Virus record (IMG/VR): IMGVR_UViG_3300017747_002615
Location: 1 to 41,486 of that record
Reading direction: 5' to 3' (one strand)
From: a virus
Taxonomy: Duplodnaviria; Caudoviricetes
Length of the DNA stretch: 41,486 nt
Shown here: positions 1 to 8,399 of the stretch, piece after piece
How positions within the stretch are numbered: position 1 is the stretch's first letter
How the letters are laid out: each line of letters starts with the position of its first letter
Notes under the pieces: model-generated
Database searches by the model: none
The model's input: the letters and a program-made list of their open reading frames with translations, nothing else
What the model was told of the DNA's origin: nothing
Translations under genes and position numbers: made by a program

Positions 1-123
1 CGTCAGGTCATAGACCTGTTGCAGTACCTGTTGCACCGACTCATACGCCGCCCGCAGCGCCTCGTAGATCGGCTTCAAGTCCACAATGTCAATTGCACCC
101 GCAAGACCGTTCTTCTCGGCAAA
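1..123. repeat. Terminal direct repeat, copy 1 (circular assembly overlap)
   Basis: Bases 1-123 (cgtcaggtca...ctcggcaaa) are identical to 41364-41486, and the portal frame continues across the join. Confidence 0.97.
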
Positions 124-1215
124 TGCCTGCCAGTTATTAACTGGAATTAACTGCCCGTTGTCGCCCTCGGTGAAAATCCGCGCAATCGCAGGGATGCTGG
201 AGTCGTACACGCCCTTCACCTGCAAGGCGTTAATCAGCCCTTGGATTCGGTCAGCCAGCGTGTCCAGTTCCTTCGCCTGATCCTGATACAGCGCAAAGTC
301 AGGCACAGGCTCCAAGGATTCGTTGGTCATCGTCGCATAAAGCGGCTTCGGACACGGGAAAAACCCTTCCAACTCCAAGGGGTCGTCCTTCTCGTCCAAA
401 ACATCTGGCATGGACGGGCAAACCCAAATCGCCTTCAACTGCAACTTGTCCCAAATCTCGTACACGCAGGCGCGTGACAGGTCGCTGCCGTCCCCGCCGC
501 CCATTTCCTTCTTCTTCAAATCATCCGGTATGCAGTCAAGCGGTATCTTCTCGCCCAACTCATCACCAAAGCGTTCAATGCACGCCTCGCGGGTCATGTA
601 GACCTTGCGCCATACCGCCGTCACTTCATCCCATGTCCGCGCTACCGTGTGTCCAAAGTCCTTCCACGGCACATAATCAGTCGGCGCGCACTCGTAATCC
701 AGTTCCTCACGCGGCTCATCAACGTCCTCTGTAACTTGAGTGCCGTCCGTTGGCTGCTTCTGCGCAACCGCCCTGATGTGCGGCTCGTATCGCGCCCACA
801 CCGTTCCACGACCACCCAAGAAGCGATCCATGACCGCCGCTTTGGTGGAGTTTCTGAAATCCGGGTAATGCTCAGTTTCAAATTCAACGGCGCGTTCCAG
901 AATAAGTGCGGCAACCCGGCCAATAGGATCATTGTCCCTGAATCGGCGCGACACATCTGGCTTTGGAACCTTGGAGTACACCGCTGGAACCAGCGTCTGC
1001 ACGTTCGACCACAGGATATTGAACTTCGCCGCCCCGCCGTCCTTTGACTTGTCGCGGTTCTCATCCCTGTAGCGTTTCAGGATGCGCTCGACACGCGCTT
1101 CCCATGTGCTGAATTGCCGGTCGTAGGCCGCGAACTGTGCCTGCCACTTCTGGACGACGGAGCGGCTTTTCCCTTCAACCGCCTCTGTTACGTCTTTCTT
1201 AACGTCGTCGGCCAT
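1..1215 (-). CDS. Portal protein, N-terminal 405 codons (continues at 41363 across the circular join; 700 aa total)
   Basis: Not in the ORF track because it runs off the edge. Hand translation from ATG 1215 gives MADDVKKDVTE...KFNILWSNVQTLVPAVYSKVPKPDVSRRF...FFPCPKPLYAT...GAIDIVDLKPIYEAL with no stop, joining in frame to the 40476 ORF. It lies directly after terL. Confidence 0.88.
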   Translation of the reverse strand, partial: MADDVKKDVTEAVEGKSRSVVQKWQAQFAAYDRQFSTWEARVERILKRYRDENRDKSKDGGAAKFNILWSNVQTLVPAVYSKVPKPDVSRRFRDNDPIGRVAALILERAVEFETEHYPDFRNSTKAAVMDRFLGGRGTVWARYEPHIRAVAQKQPTDGTQVTEDVDEPREELDYECAPTDYVPWKDFGHTVARTWDEVTAVWRKVYMTREACIERFGDELGEKIPLDCIPDDLKKKEMGGGDGSDLSRACVYEIWDKLQLKAIWVCPSMPDVLDEKDDPLELEGFFPCPKPLYATMTNESLEPVPDFALYQDQAKELDTLADRIQGLINALQVKGVYDSSIPAIARIFTEGDNGQLIPVNNWQAFAEKNGLAGAIDIVDLKPIYEALRAAYESVQQVLQQVYDLT

Positions 1216-1223
1216 TATTTGCC

Positions 1224-1490
1224 TTACGAGCCGCTAGGCGTAGGAACAAACGAGAAGGTCACGTTGATCGTCGCGCCAACCGTGACGGCCAACGCGCCGT
1301 TGGTTGCAATCGGCAAGAAGTGCCAGCCCACAGCGGGGGTAATCGTTCCGGTAATCGCAACACCACCATCAGTGAAGGCCAGCGTCCCGCTCGACGTACT
1401 GTTGACGTAAAACCCGTTCAACGCACACGCGCCGGTACTGATGGCCCCCGTGTCCGTGCGATTTTTGTAACTGCCGTAGGCTAGGTTCAT
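1224..1490 (-). CDS. Small beta-rich hypothetical protein between terL and portal, probably virion-associated
   Basis: 88 aa, Thr/Gly-rich, with an AGGAG RBS upstream; fills the terL-portal gap exactly. Confidence 0.7.
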   Translation of the reverse strand: MNLAYGSYKNRTDTGAISTGACALNGFYVNSTSSGTLAFTDGGVAITGTITPAVGWHFLPIATNGALAVTVGATINVTFSFVPTPSGS

Positions 1491-1503
1491 TTAAATGCTC
1501 CTG

Positions 1504-2931
1504 TCAGTATCGCGCCGCCGGCCTCTTTGCCGTGGCCCACATGGTATCCAAAGATGGCAGGGTAAACAAGACCCCCGGTTTATCCACCGCAGCCTCCACG
1601 TCCTGATCCCGCTTTTGCTCCTCCTTCTTTTTCTTCACTTCCCCCTGCGTTGCCACAGCCATCATCCGAAAGGCGTCCGAAAAATGTGAAGTCCAATCGT
1701 GCTTCGGGATCTTCTTGTACGAACGCTCGTCCTGCTGCAATTCCCGCTGATATCGCCTCAACGCCTTCAACCCCGCATCGCACCCTGCCTCATCAAACCA
1801 GCACTGCCCGAAAATCATCCGGGTTGCCTGTATCCCGTCCTCCACGCCAATGTCCGGCACAATCGCCAGATTCGACAGTCCCAAGGCCACCGCCAACTGC
1901 TGAATGATCGACTTTCCCTGTGCTGCCAGCGTCTTGGCCCGCGCATCATGCGGCAACCAGTGCCTCGCGTATTTATACCTGCGGCGGTGTTCCAACTCCG
2001 GCAAAGCGGCCCCAATCACCGCAACAACCTCCCCGTCCACAAGATTTATCGACACATCCCGCCCCAGAATCTGCGTCGCATACTCACTCAGACTCCCGCC
2101 CGACGTGGCATATCCCTCCAGTACGTGAATCTCCCCCATCACGACCTGATACCACCAGATCGCCGTATCGTCCGTGTGCCCCAAGTCCCACGCCGTGAAA
2201 ACCGGCAATTCAGGGTCATGTACCACCTTCGTTACCCGCCCATCGGCATACGCTTTGCGCAGTTCCTTGGCGTAAATCGCCCCATCCAGCCACTGCCGAC
2301 ACTTCCCTTCCCAAACGTGGTCGTAGGCATCGGGGTCCCGTTCCAGTAACTCCACCCGCTCCTGTTCCAACACCTTCGGAAACCACGGGTTATCCCGCCA
2401 GTTGATTTCCCTCACCAGCGCGTCCCGTGGCGGCTTCACCACAAACCGCACATACGTCTCATCATCCTCAAATTCAGGGTTAAACGTAATCCAAATCTCC
2501 GACCCATCCTTACGGATCGTCGGTGTCAGGATATTCCAGGAATTCTTGCTGACAGTCTGAGCCTCCTCAACCCACACCCCGTCCGCCCCTTCCCACGACT
2601 TCAGATTCACAACGTTGTGGTGCAAACCCTCAAACCCGAAATACGTCCCGTTCAGCCCCACAATCTTGTTCTTCTGCACGTCGTAGAACTTCTCCAACCC
2701 CAAATTTATTACCTGTTCCTGCAACAGCCGATGCACCGACTCCTCAATCGAATTCTGGAACTCCCGAGCGCAGAGCCACCGGATAGGGTTAGTCAGACCG
2801 CGCAACAACAAAGCCCGAGCCACCCCCCAACTTTTAGCCCCACCCCTCCCCCCATGCAAAACCTTGTACCGCGCAGGCTGAAACAAAATATCCAGCTTCT
2901 TCGGAAACGACGGCGCAGCATACGCGCTCAT
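1504..2931 (-). CDS. terL: Terminase large subunit (PBSX/P22-like headful type)
   Basis: Walker A region HGGRGGAKSW, CAREFQNSIEES, Walker B VWVEEAQ, ITFNP coupling motif, and nuclease motifs AWDLGHTDDT and SHFSDAFR. Confidence 0.95.
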   Translation of the reverse strand: MSAYAAPSFPKKLDILFQPARYKVLHGGRGGAKSWGVARALLLRGLTNPIRWLCAREFQNSIEESVHRLLQEQVINLGLEKFYDVQKNKIVGLNGTYFGFEGLHHNVVNLKSWEGADGVWVEEAQTVSKNSWNILTPTIRKDGSEIWITFNPEFEDDETYVRFVVKPPRDALVREINWRDNPWFPKVLEQERVELLERDPDAYDHVWEGKCRQWLDGAIYAKELRKAYADGRVTKVVHDPELPVFTAWDLGHTDDTAIWWYQVVMGEIHVLEGYATSGGSLSEYATQILGRDVSINLVDGEVVAVIGAALPELEHRRRYKYARHWLPHDARAKTLAAQGKSIIQQLAVALGLSNLAIVPDIGVEDGIQATRMIFGQCWFDEAGCDAGLKALRRYQRELQQDERSYKKIPKHDWTSHFSDAFRMMAVATQGEVKKKKEEQKRDQDVEAAVDKPGVLFTLPSLDTMWATAKRPAARY

Positions 2932-3527
2932 CCAGCATCCCCTCCTTGCACACTCACAACCCGCTCTACAGGACGCCCGTTATCGGCCTCCACAAACGTA
3001 ATCGAAATCGTTGCCGGAAACCCACCGCCTGCCCCCACCGGCTGGACCACCTCACGATCCCCAAACCTCGCACGGTCATATTTCTTCGCCACCATGTCCC
3101 TCGCCTTGATCTGCAACCCCGCCAACTGCACCGTGTCAGGATTCGCCCCGTCCGCTATATCAACTATCTCCCCGTAATACCCATCCGCCACCGCCCTCAG
3201 CGCACACTCATACGCCTCAAACCGATACTTCTCCTCCAAAAACCACGCCACCACCGCCCCATACTGCAACCCATAGTGGTCACACAACACCTTCAAACTC
3301 ACCCCACTCGCAACCTGTGCCAGCAAAAACTGTAACGCCTCATCCTCCGTCCCCCACTCCCGCCTCCTCTCAGCAAAATCCCCAAACACGTCAAATATCA
3401 CCGACGCCCGCCGTGCCAACTTACCCCCAGGATTCCTCGCCACCGCCGCATTGAACGCCTTCTCCGCACGCGCACGAAACTCCTTCGCCGCTACCATCCC
3501 TTCCCGAATTTCTACCAACTCATCCAT
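2928..3527 (-). CDS. terS: Terminase small subunit (Sf6-like)
   Basis: HTH-like segment (GVSLKVLCDHYGLQYGAVVAW) followed by EIVDIADG...LQIKARDMVAKKYDRARFGDR. ATGA overlap with terL. ATG 3527 preferred over the track start at 3554. Confidence 0.8.
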   Translation of the reverse strand: MDELVEIREGMVAAKEFRARAEKAFNAAVARNPGGKLARRASVIFDVFGDFAERRREWGTEDEALQFLLAQVASGVSLKVLCDHYGLQYGAVVAWFLEEKYRFEAYECALRAVADGYYGEIVDIADGANPDTVQLAGLQIKARDMVAKKYDRARFGDREVVQPVGAGGGFPATISITFVEADNGRPVERVVSVQGGDAG

Positions 3528-3558
3528 TCCGTCTATCACCCAACACGCACACACCCGC

Positions 3559-3587
3559 CTTGTAGCACAAAACTACAGGGGCGTAAA
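3559..3587 (-). promoter_or_regulatory. Possible sigma70-type promoter for the late (terS) operon
   Basis: Minus strand TTTACG-17bp-TACAAG with a TG extended -10; weak match to consensus. Confidence 0.3.
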
Positions 3588-4009
3588 TGTGTACGGTAGT
3601 GCTACCTTCGCCCGGTACCATCAAGTACCTAACCGGGTTTTCTGTAGGAAAAGGGCAGGGGGGGGCAGGGTACTGCGCCGCACCACGATTTAACATAACG
3701 TGCGCGCATATGTGAACAGCACTAGCCTATCGCACCGCACCATGATTTGACATAAAACTACATGCACCTCAATCATGATGATGGCATGACGGCCAGCGCA
3801 TACCGCAATGCACCATGCGCACCGACCGCGCAGCACGTCCGGCACATTGAAGCCTGGATGGATTCCGTCCTGGTCAACTCGCCCATACCGCCAGCACGCG
3901 CCAGGATCACGCAGGCCGCACGATCACCGGGCTGGCTGGCACATGGCACGGAGCGCGGCAGAATCGGCTGGATGGCGCTTTTCGGGGTAAAGCACGCGGA
4001 TTAACGCAT

Positions 4010-4190
4010 TCCTACCGGAAAGGCTCGGAAATCATATATCCACATCCGTATATAAGCCGTTTACTACTTATCCGGTAGAACTCCCTAGGGTTTGGACAGG
4101 GACAGGGAATTATTGTTATTTTAATAATAATAGACTTTCCGGGTACGCTATCCCTTGCGCGCATGCGTACCGGATAAGTGGATAACCGCT
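4010..4190. other. Putative replication origin
   Basis: An AT-rich tract (about 4107-4133) is flanked by a perfect 12-bp inverted repeat (4066-4077 / 4168-4179). There are further TACC(C)GGAAAG copies and two 8/9 DnaA-box-like 9-mers, and the locus lies at the local strand-skew switch. Confidence 0.5.
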
Positions 4191-4218
4191 TGCATATGGA
4201 AGTGTATGAGCATATAGT
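4190..4218 (+). promoter_or_regulatory. Sigma70 promoter for the HTH gene
   Basis: TTGCAT(4190-4195)-17bp-TATAGT(4213-4218). Confidence 0.6.
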
Positions 4219-4285
4219 ATAGTATAGTGGTGTAGTATGTGGTTTTCACCGGAATGGCGCATAGTTAACTAAAAAGGGTATATAT

Positions 4286-4687
4286 ATGGATACGGAATAC
4301 GTTACAGCTAAAGAGTTTGCCGAGCAGCACGGGTTTAGCAAAATATGGGTTTTGAAGCTTGCGAAGAGCGGCCGTATTGGTGGCGCGTACAAGGCTGGGC
4401 CTGTTTGGCTGATGCCGAAAGGGGCTGTAATGCCCGCGAGTTTGCGCCGTGGGCCGCGTGCTGTGCCGGATGCTGAGTTGGCAGCGCGGGCGGGTGGGTG
4501 TGCGCCTGCGGTTCTGACTGATAGGCAGAAGTTTATATTGAACGTGGTCCGTGCTGGCGGGCAGTTTGATGAGTCGGGCGCACGGTTTAATTCTGTGTTC
4601 GATGTGGTAGGGACAACGCCGGAATGGACTGCCGATGACTGGGATTTTGCCCAGGCTGAACAGGAGCGGCTTATGCGGAAAGGGTAG
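4286..4687 (+). CDS. Helix-turn-helix DNA-binding protein (Xis/MerR-like N-terminal domain)
   Basis: EYVTAKEFAEQHGFSKIWVLKLAKSGRIGGAYKAGPVWLMP fits the HTH_17-type pattern; AAGGG RBS. Confidence 0.75.
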   Translation: MDTEYVTAKEFAEQHGFSKIWVLKLAKSGRIGGAYKAGPVWLMPKGAVMPASLRRGPRAVPDAELAARAGGCAPAVLTDRQKFILNVVRAGGQFDESGARFNSVFDVVGTTPEWTADDWDFAQAEQERLMRKG

Positions 4688-4730
4688 TATGTATGCGGTT
4701 TGATATGCGTATATATTATATAAAATACGC

Positions 4731-4758
4731 TTGTAATTTAATATAGACGTGTTATTCT
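4731..4758 (+). promoter_or_regulatory. Sigma70 promoter for the early small-gene arm
   Basis: TTGTAA-16bp-TATTCT with a TG extended -10 and an AT-rich UP-like tract at 4710-4730. Confidence 0.55.
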
Positions 4759-4803
4759 ACACACATGGCGACGTGCCAGACGAAACGGGAAAAGGGGAAC
4801 GGG

Positions 4804-5013
4804 ATGAACGATAGGCAACGCGGTAAATGGGCACCTTGGACGGTATTCGAGAAGAAACTGTCCGATGGCAGCAAAGTGTTTGATCTGCATTTCAAACTGG
4901 ATCGCGGCAATGCATACGCTTCAAACGTGGTTATCAATTGCATTTCCGAGAAAGATGCTTTCGAGTGCGCCGACAAGATGAACGCGGCATTAGCGGCGCA
5001 CGCTGTTAATTGA
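4804..5013 (+). CDS. Hypothetical protein
   Basis: Track ORF 4765-5013; ATG 4804 follows a G-rich RBS. Confidence 0.6.
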   Translation: MNDRQRGKWAPWTVFEKKLSDGSKVFDLHFKLDRGNAYASNVVINCISEKDAFECADKMNAALAAHAVN

Positions 5014-5100
5014 TTCTCTGCGGCCCTAACCGGGTCGATTAAACGCAGTACGGAATGCGCGCCAGTCCGCTCGATTGGCAATAGTGGGAAGGGGATAGAG

Positions 5101-5313
5101 ATGAGTGACATATTTGGATACACGTGGGAACAGATACAGGTAGCACAAAGTGGCGGTAAGTTGACTGCCGGCATGATTGACACTTCCAAGCCTATCGACA
5201 ATTCCCTGATGGTTGGCGATCTGGAATTGCTTGTCGAGCATGGGGCAGATGGGCTGCGCGCCAAGGGATTTATGGGCGTAGTCGATCGCCTTCAGCGCAA
5301 TGGGAATATCTGA
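5101..5313 (+). CDS. Hypothetical protein
   Basis: 70 aa with an AAGGGG RBS, co-oriented in the early arm. Confidence 0.65.
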   Translation: MSDIFGYTWEQIQVAQSGGKLTAGMIDTSKPIDNSLMVGDLELLVEHGADGLRAKGFMGVVDRLQRNGNI

Positions 5314-5314
5314 T

Positions 5315-5563
5315 ATGAGCATGGTCCCTTGTGTGCATGAGTTTTATCAAGGAGCGTGCGTTCATTGCTCCCTGTCTGCTGATGATTACCGCTATGGTCC
5401 TGACCGTGACAGGGACGCTGAAAGGTATCAATGGCTGCGCAGACGAACGACAATCGGAGTTGGAATGGTAAATATCTGGTCAAAAGGGAATGGGCGTTAT
5501 GACTCATGGCAAGAGGAAGAATTAGATTCTGCTATTGATGATGCAATGAAAGGATTGAAATGA
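5315..5563 (+). CDS. Hypothetical protein (CxH...CxxC and DAERYQWLR motifs common in phage early proteins)
   Basis: Starts 1 nt after the upstream stop and overlaps the next gene by ATGA. Confidence 0.65.
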   Translation: MSMVPCVHEFYQGACVHCSLSADDYRYGPDRDRDAERYQWLRRRTTIGVGMVNIWSKGNGRYDSWQEEELDSAIDDAMKGLK

Positions 5564-5796
5564 CAAAGACGATTACAGCGTTAGGATATGAGTTTAATGT
5601 TTCCGATGAGCAGGCTAGTAAATGGGACGCTGCGATTGATGCATCAAATAATATTGCACTTCTAGCCGCGCTCGAATGCCAGAACGCCGCGCTTAGGGCT
5701 GCGCTTGAATTGTGCCTTGAATCAGGCCAACTTAGCGCACTGACGCCCAACGTTATCCGCACAGTGCGTGCGGCAATTCTGAATACGGGAGAATAG
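5560..5796 (+). CDS. Hypothetical protein
   Basis: 78 aa, ATGA coupling, AAGGA RBS. Confidence 0.65.
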   Translation: MTKTITALGYEFNVSDEQASKWDAAIDASNNIALLAALECQNAALRAALELCLESGQLSALTPNVIRTVRAAILNTGE

Positions 5797-5797
5797 C

Positions 5798-5977
5798 ATG
5801 AACGATACTAAGCAGACATGCCAGAAATACAGCGTTTCATACGTCTACATTTCGCCGTCTAACGCTGGGCCGTTTCGCGGCGAGACCGAACTAGATTACA
5901 AGCCTGCCATTGGCGATCATATTTACGCAACTTTCGGGCGGGCGATAGTTAAGACTGTCAGCAAGGTTAAGGAGTAG
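5798..5977 (+). CDS. Hypothetical 59-aa protein (below ORF-track cutoff)
   Basis: MNDTKQTCQKYSVSYVYISPSNAGPFRGETELDYKPAIGDHIYATFGRAIVKTVSKVKE; GGAG RBS; fills the gap exactly. Confidence 0.65.
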   Translation: MNDTKQTCQKYSVSYVYISPSNAGPFRGETELDYKPAIGDHIYATFGRAIVKTVSKVKE

Positions 5978-5980
5978 AAA

Positions 5981-6370
5981 ATGACAATACGCCAAGGAAT
6001 GGCCCCGTCTGATGTAATTTGCGCGCTCGAAAACGCTAAAGGTGAAATCAATAATGGGAATCAGTATTACATTCGAATCACAGAGGAAGAAGCGGACGTT
6101 ATTATCGGGCTTTTGCGTACATCTGAAGATGCTCTATGGGGAGACAAAACAACGCCAATAATGAATAACGCGCTAAAGGATAATTTCAAGCTTCCCGATT
6201 GGGAACTTGCAAAAAAACTTTTCGAAGCAGGCCAAACACTGGAGCGCGAGAATGCGCGGCTGCGGAGTGTTTGCCCGTACTGCTCAAGTGATAACAATGC
6301 TATACGCGACACCTATTATGATCAAAACTGCCTAGGGTGTATTAAACACAAGGGAACAATCGCACGGTAA
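5981..6370 (+). CDS. Hypothetical protein with C-terminal CxxC...CxxC
   Basis: Strong TAAGGAG RBS; 129 aa. Confidence 0.65.
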   Translation: MTIRQGMAPSDVICALENAKGEINNGNQYYIRITEEEADVIIGLLRTSEDALWGDKTTPIMNNALKDNFKLPDWELAKKLFEAGQTLERENARLRSVCPYCSSDNNAIRDTYYDQNCLGCIKHKGTIAR

Positions 6371-6429
6371 AACCGCCACGGCGACGGACTCGCCGCAATG
6401 CAAGACGGTAACTGACTGGAGGCATCAAA

Positions 6430-6846
6430 ATGAGCAACGCACGCAACGCAACATTCAAACTGATAAGCGATTTTTCCCGCCGTGGCATACAGATGGACTT
6501 CGACGATGCGAACACGCTGCGCCGCGCTGAATTGACGCTGCAACGCTGGAGTGAAGGCGAGTGCGGCGACGGTAACGATTTTGCATCATGGGCGATTGAG
6601 CGCGACGAACAGACCGGCATTGCCTACCGCGTGACATATTCGCACATGGCAAAAGCTGGTAGCGGCCCATTCCGCGAACGCATCGCAGACCGCGAGGCTG
6701 GAGCATTGCGCCGCGTCAAGGCGATATGCGAAAAATACGGCATCCATTTCTACCATCAAGGTGATCCGCGTGGGTGCGCGCTGTACGTCTCGCCCGACAT
6801 ATTGACCGATTCAAACTATTCACGCGGCATCGCTTGCTGCGCATAA
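6430..6846 (+). CDS. Conserved phage hypothetical protein
   Basis: GGAGG RBS; the YHQGDPRGCALY motif recurs in phage early proteins. Confidence 0.75.
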   Translation: MSNARNATFKLISDFSRRGIQMDFDDANTLRRAELTLQRWSEGECGDGNDFASWAIERDEQTGIAYRVTYSHMAKAGSGPFRERIADREAGALRRVKAICEKYGIHFYHQGDPRGCALYVSPDILTDSNYSRGIACCA

Positions 6847-6866
6847 CCAAACCGGAGACAGACAAA

Positions 6867-7118
6867 ATGAAACGGCGCAATTACCTAATTAAATGCAGCG
6901 ACGGAACGAACGTGATTAAGCATTCGTGGAATTCTTCGGTGCGCCACATTGAAAGCATGGTGCGGGAACGTGGCGCAAATGGTGAGACGTTCGCGCTAGT
7001 CAATTCGCAATCGTTCAAGAATGATGATGGTGAGCATATCCATGGATTGCGGGAATGGAAGTCTGATAACCGGACACTGGCATTCGCCATCCATAAATTT
7101 AACGACATTGGAGTATGA
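6867..7118 (+). CDS. Hypothetical protein
   Basis: ATG 6867 after a GGAG RBS; same frame as track ORF 6774-7118. Confidence 0.6.
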   Translation: MKRRNYLIKCSDGTNVIKHSWNSSVRHIESMVRERGANGETFALVNSQSFKNDDGEHIHGLREWKSDNRTLAFAIHKFNDIGV

Positions 7119-7119
7119 A

Positions 7120-7533
7120 ATGCCCACAGACACGCACGAGACGAAGCACGAGGGATTCACGCCGGGGCCTTGGACGGTTCAGTTGCGGCGCGATGGAATG
7201 GGGATTTTGCCAGACAGGAACAGTTTAGAAATTGTGCACAACTATCCAAACGGCGGCGGCCAGTCCGTTATAGTTGGAAAACACACCGGCATTGATTGTC
7301 TGAACACTGCCAATGCCGCATTGATCGCCCAAGCCCCCACGCTGCTAGCCGAACGCGACCGCCTGCTCACGATCCAGGCCGAACTGGTGCGGGCGCTGGA
7401 TGGCATGATCGAGCAGTATCGTCTGTGCATGATCGGAGTCGGGCGTTCGGCAGAATTCACTGATAGCAATGCGCAGGTTATCGCTGCCCGCGCTGCCCTC
7501 GCCCTCGCCCTCTCACGCGGCGGTGCGAAATGA
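7120..7533 (+). CDS. Hypothetical protein (TPGPW...ANAALIAQAP phage motif)
   Basis: Typical phage small-protein motif; GGAG RBS before ATG 7120. Confidence 0.7.
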   Translation: MPTDTHETKHEGFTPGPWTVQLRRDGMGILPDRNSLEIVHNYPNGGGQSVIVGKHTGIDCLNTANAALIAQAPTLLAERDRLLTIQAELVRALDGMIEQYRLCMIGVGRSAEFTDSNAQVIAARAALALALSRGGAK

Positions 7534-7540
7534 GCGCGAA

Positions 7541-7726
7541 ATGAATAAGAATAAAGATTGCGGTTCGTGCAGATACTTCCTTAAATGGAAGTCTGACACG
7601 ATTGGCGGCGGCCTCTGTGAGTTTTTTGACGCCAGAACAAAGACTGACCACGGAAGAAACTGCTCCGCATTTAAGCGAGTTAAGTTTGAAAGAAAGATAC
7701 CACAATGCAACGATATAAATTCGTGA
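7541..7726 (+). CDS. Small Cys-rich hypothetical protein
   Basis: MNKNKDCGSCRYF...GLCEFF...NCSAF, a four-Cys pattern. Confidence 0.6.
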   Translation: MNKNKDCGSCRYFLKWKSDTIGGGLCEFFDARTKTDHGRNCSAFKRVKFERKIPQCNDINS

Positions 7727-7839
7727 TGCGCGTAAAACGCGGTAAGCGCACAGGTCGCTGCTACCGATGCCAAAAAAACGCTTGGAATCTTACGGCGTAT
7801 TGCTGCGTAGGATGCTTGCTGCGAAAGGCTAAACCATGA
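7726..7839 (+). CDS. 37-aa Cys-rich microprotein
   Basis: MRVKRGKRTGRCYRCQKNAWNLTAYCCVGCLLRKAKP; TGATG and ATGA coupling on the two sides. Confidence 0.45.
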   Translation: MRVKRGKRTGRCYRCQKNAWNLTAYCCVGCLLRKAKP

Positions 7840-7949
7840 GCGCGCACCTAAAACTAACCCGCGTAATCGTAACCCCGCGCCTAGGCTGGCCGTTCGGGAA
7901 GGCGGTGAAGCAGCCTGCGATGCCTGTAGCTAAACCTGCGCCTTACTGA
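7836..7949 (+). CDS. 37-aa microprotein
   Basis: MSAHLKLTRVIVTPRLGWPFGKAVKQPAMPVAKPAPY; ATGA coupled. Confidence 0.4.
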   Translation: MSAHLKLTRVIVTPRLGWPFGKAVKQPAMPVAKPAPY

Positions 7950-7959
7950 AAGGGATTTT

Positions 7960-8142
7960 ATGAAAAACAGAGAACTGATTGAAAAGTTACTGACGTTTAA
8001 TCCGGACGATGAAGCGGAAGTAGCTGTGCGGTGCGACACAAAAGAATTTCCCGTTGCCTATGTCTCGCCGTTTTCCGTTCACAACGGCAGGCTTTATATT
8101 TCGCTTCCGCAAGGAATGCACACTGTAAAGAGGAAAGCATGA
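7960..8142 (+). CDS. Hypothetical protein
   Basis: 60 aa, AAGGGA RBS; MKNRELIEKLLTFNPDDEAEV is a typical phage start. Confidence 0.65.
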   Translation: MKNRELIEKLLTFNPDDEAEVAVRCDTKEFPVAYVSPFSVHNGRLYISLPQGMHTVKRKA

Positions 8143-8399
8143 GCAGACAACGCAACGCACAGTTACAGGCGGCACTGGCCCGAGTCGAAGCGGGGGAGCG
8201 TGTTTCGAGTGTCGCGGCAGACATGGGCCTGCAAACGGCAGCGATCTACCAGGCGCGCAGGATGGAGAGGGTGAAGGCCGAACGGTTGGCGCGAGATTTT
8301 GACATGAGGCGCAATGCTGCCCGATATGAGGCAAGGCGTAGCAATGCTGCCGATGCTGCCGCTTACGATGCGGAGAGCGACGAACTTATCGTGTTCTAG
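8139..8399 (+). CDS. Small HTH DNA-binding protein
   Basis: ALARVEAGERVSSVAADMGLQTAAIYQARR HTH pattern; GAGG RBS; ATGA coupling. Confidence 0.65.
   Translation: MSRQRNAQLQAALARVEAGERVSSVAADMGLQTAAIYQARRMERVKAERLARDFDMRRNAARYEARRSNAADAAAYDAESDELIVF

Noticed and set aside
642-1064. Track ORFs overlapping bases 1-1215 (e.g. 642-1064 minus, 649-1047 plus)
   Set aside because: They are shadow frames of the portal gene, which the track missed because it runs off the window edge.
3762-4004. 80-aa plus-strand ORF, or an ncRNA/tRNA, in the terS-origin spacer
   Set aside because: No RBS or recognisable motif, and no cloverleaf or convincing structure is seen.
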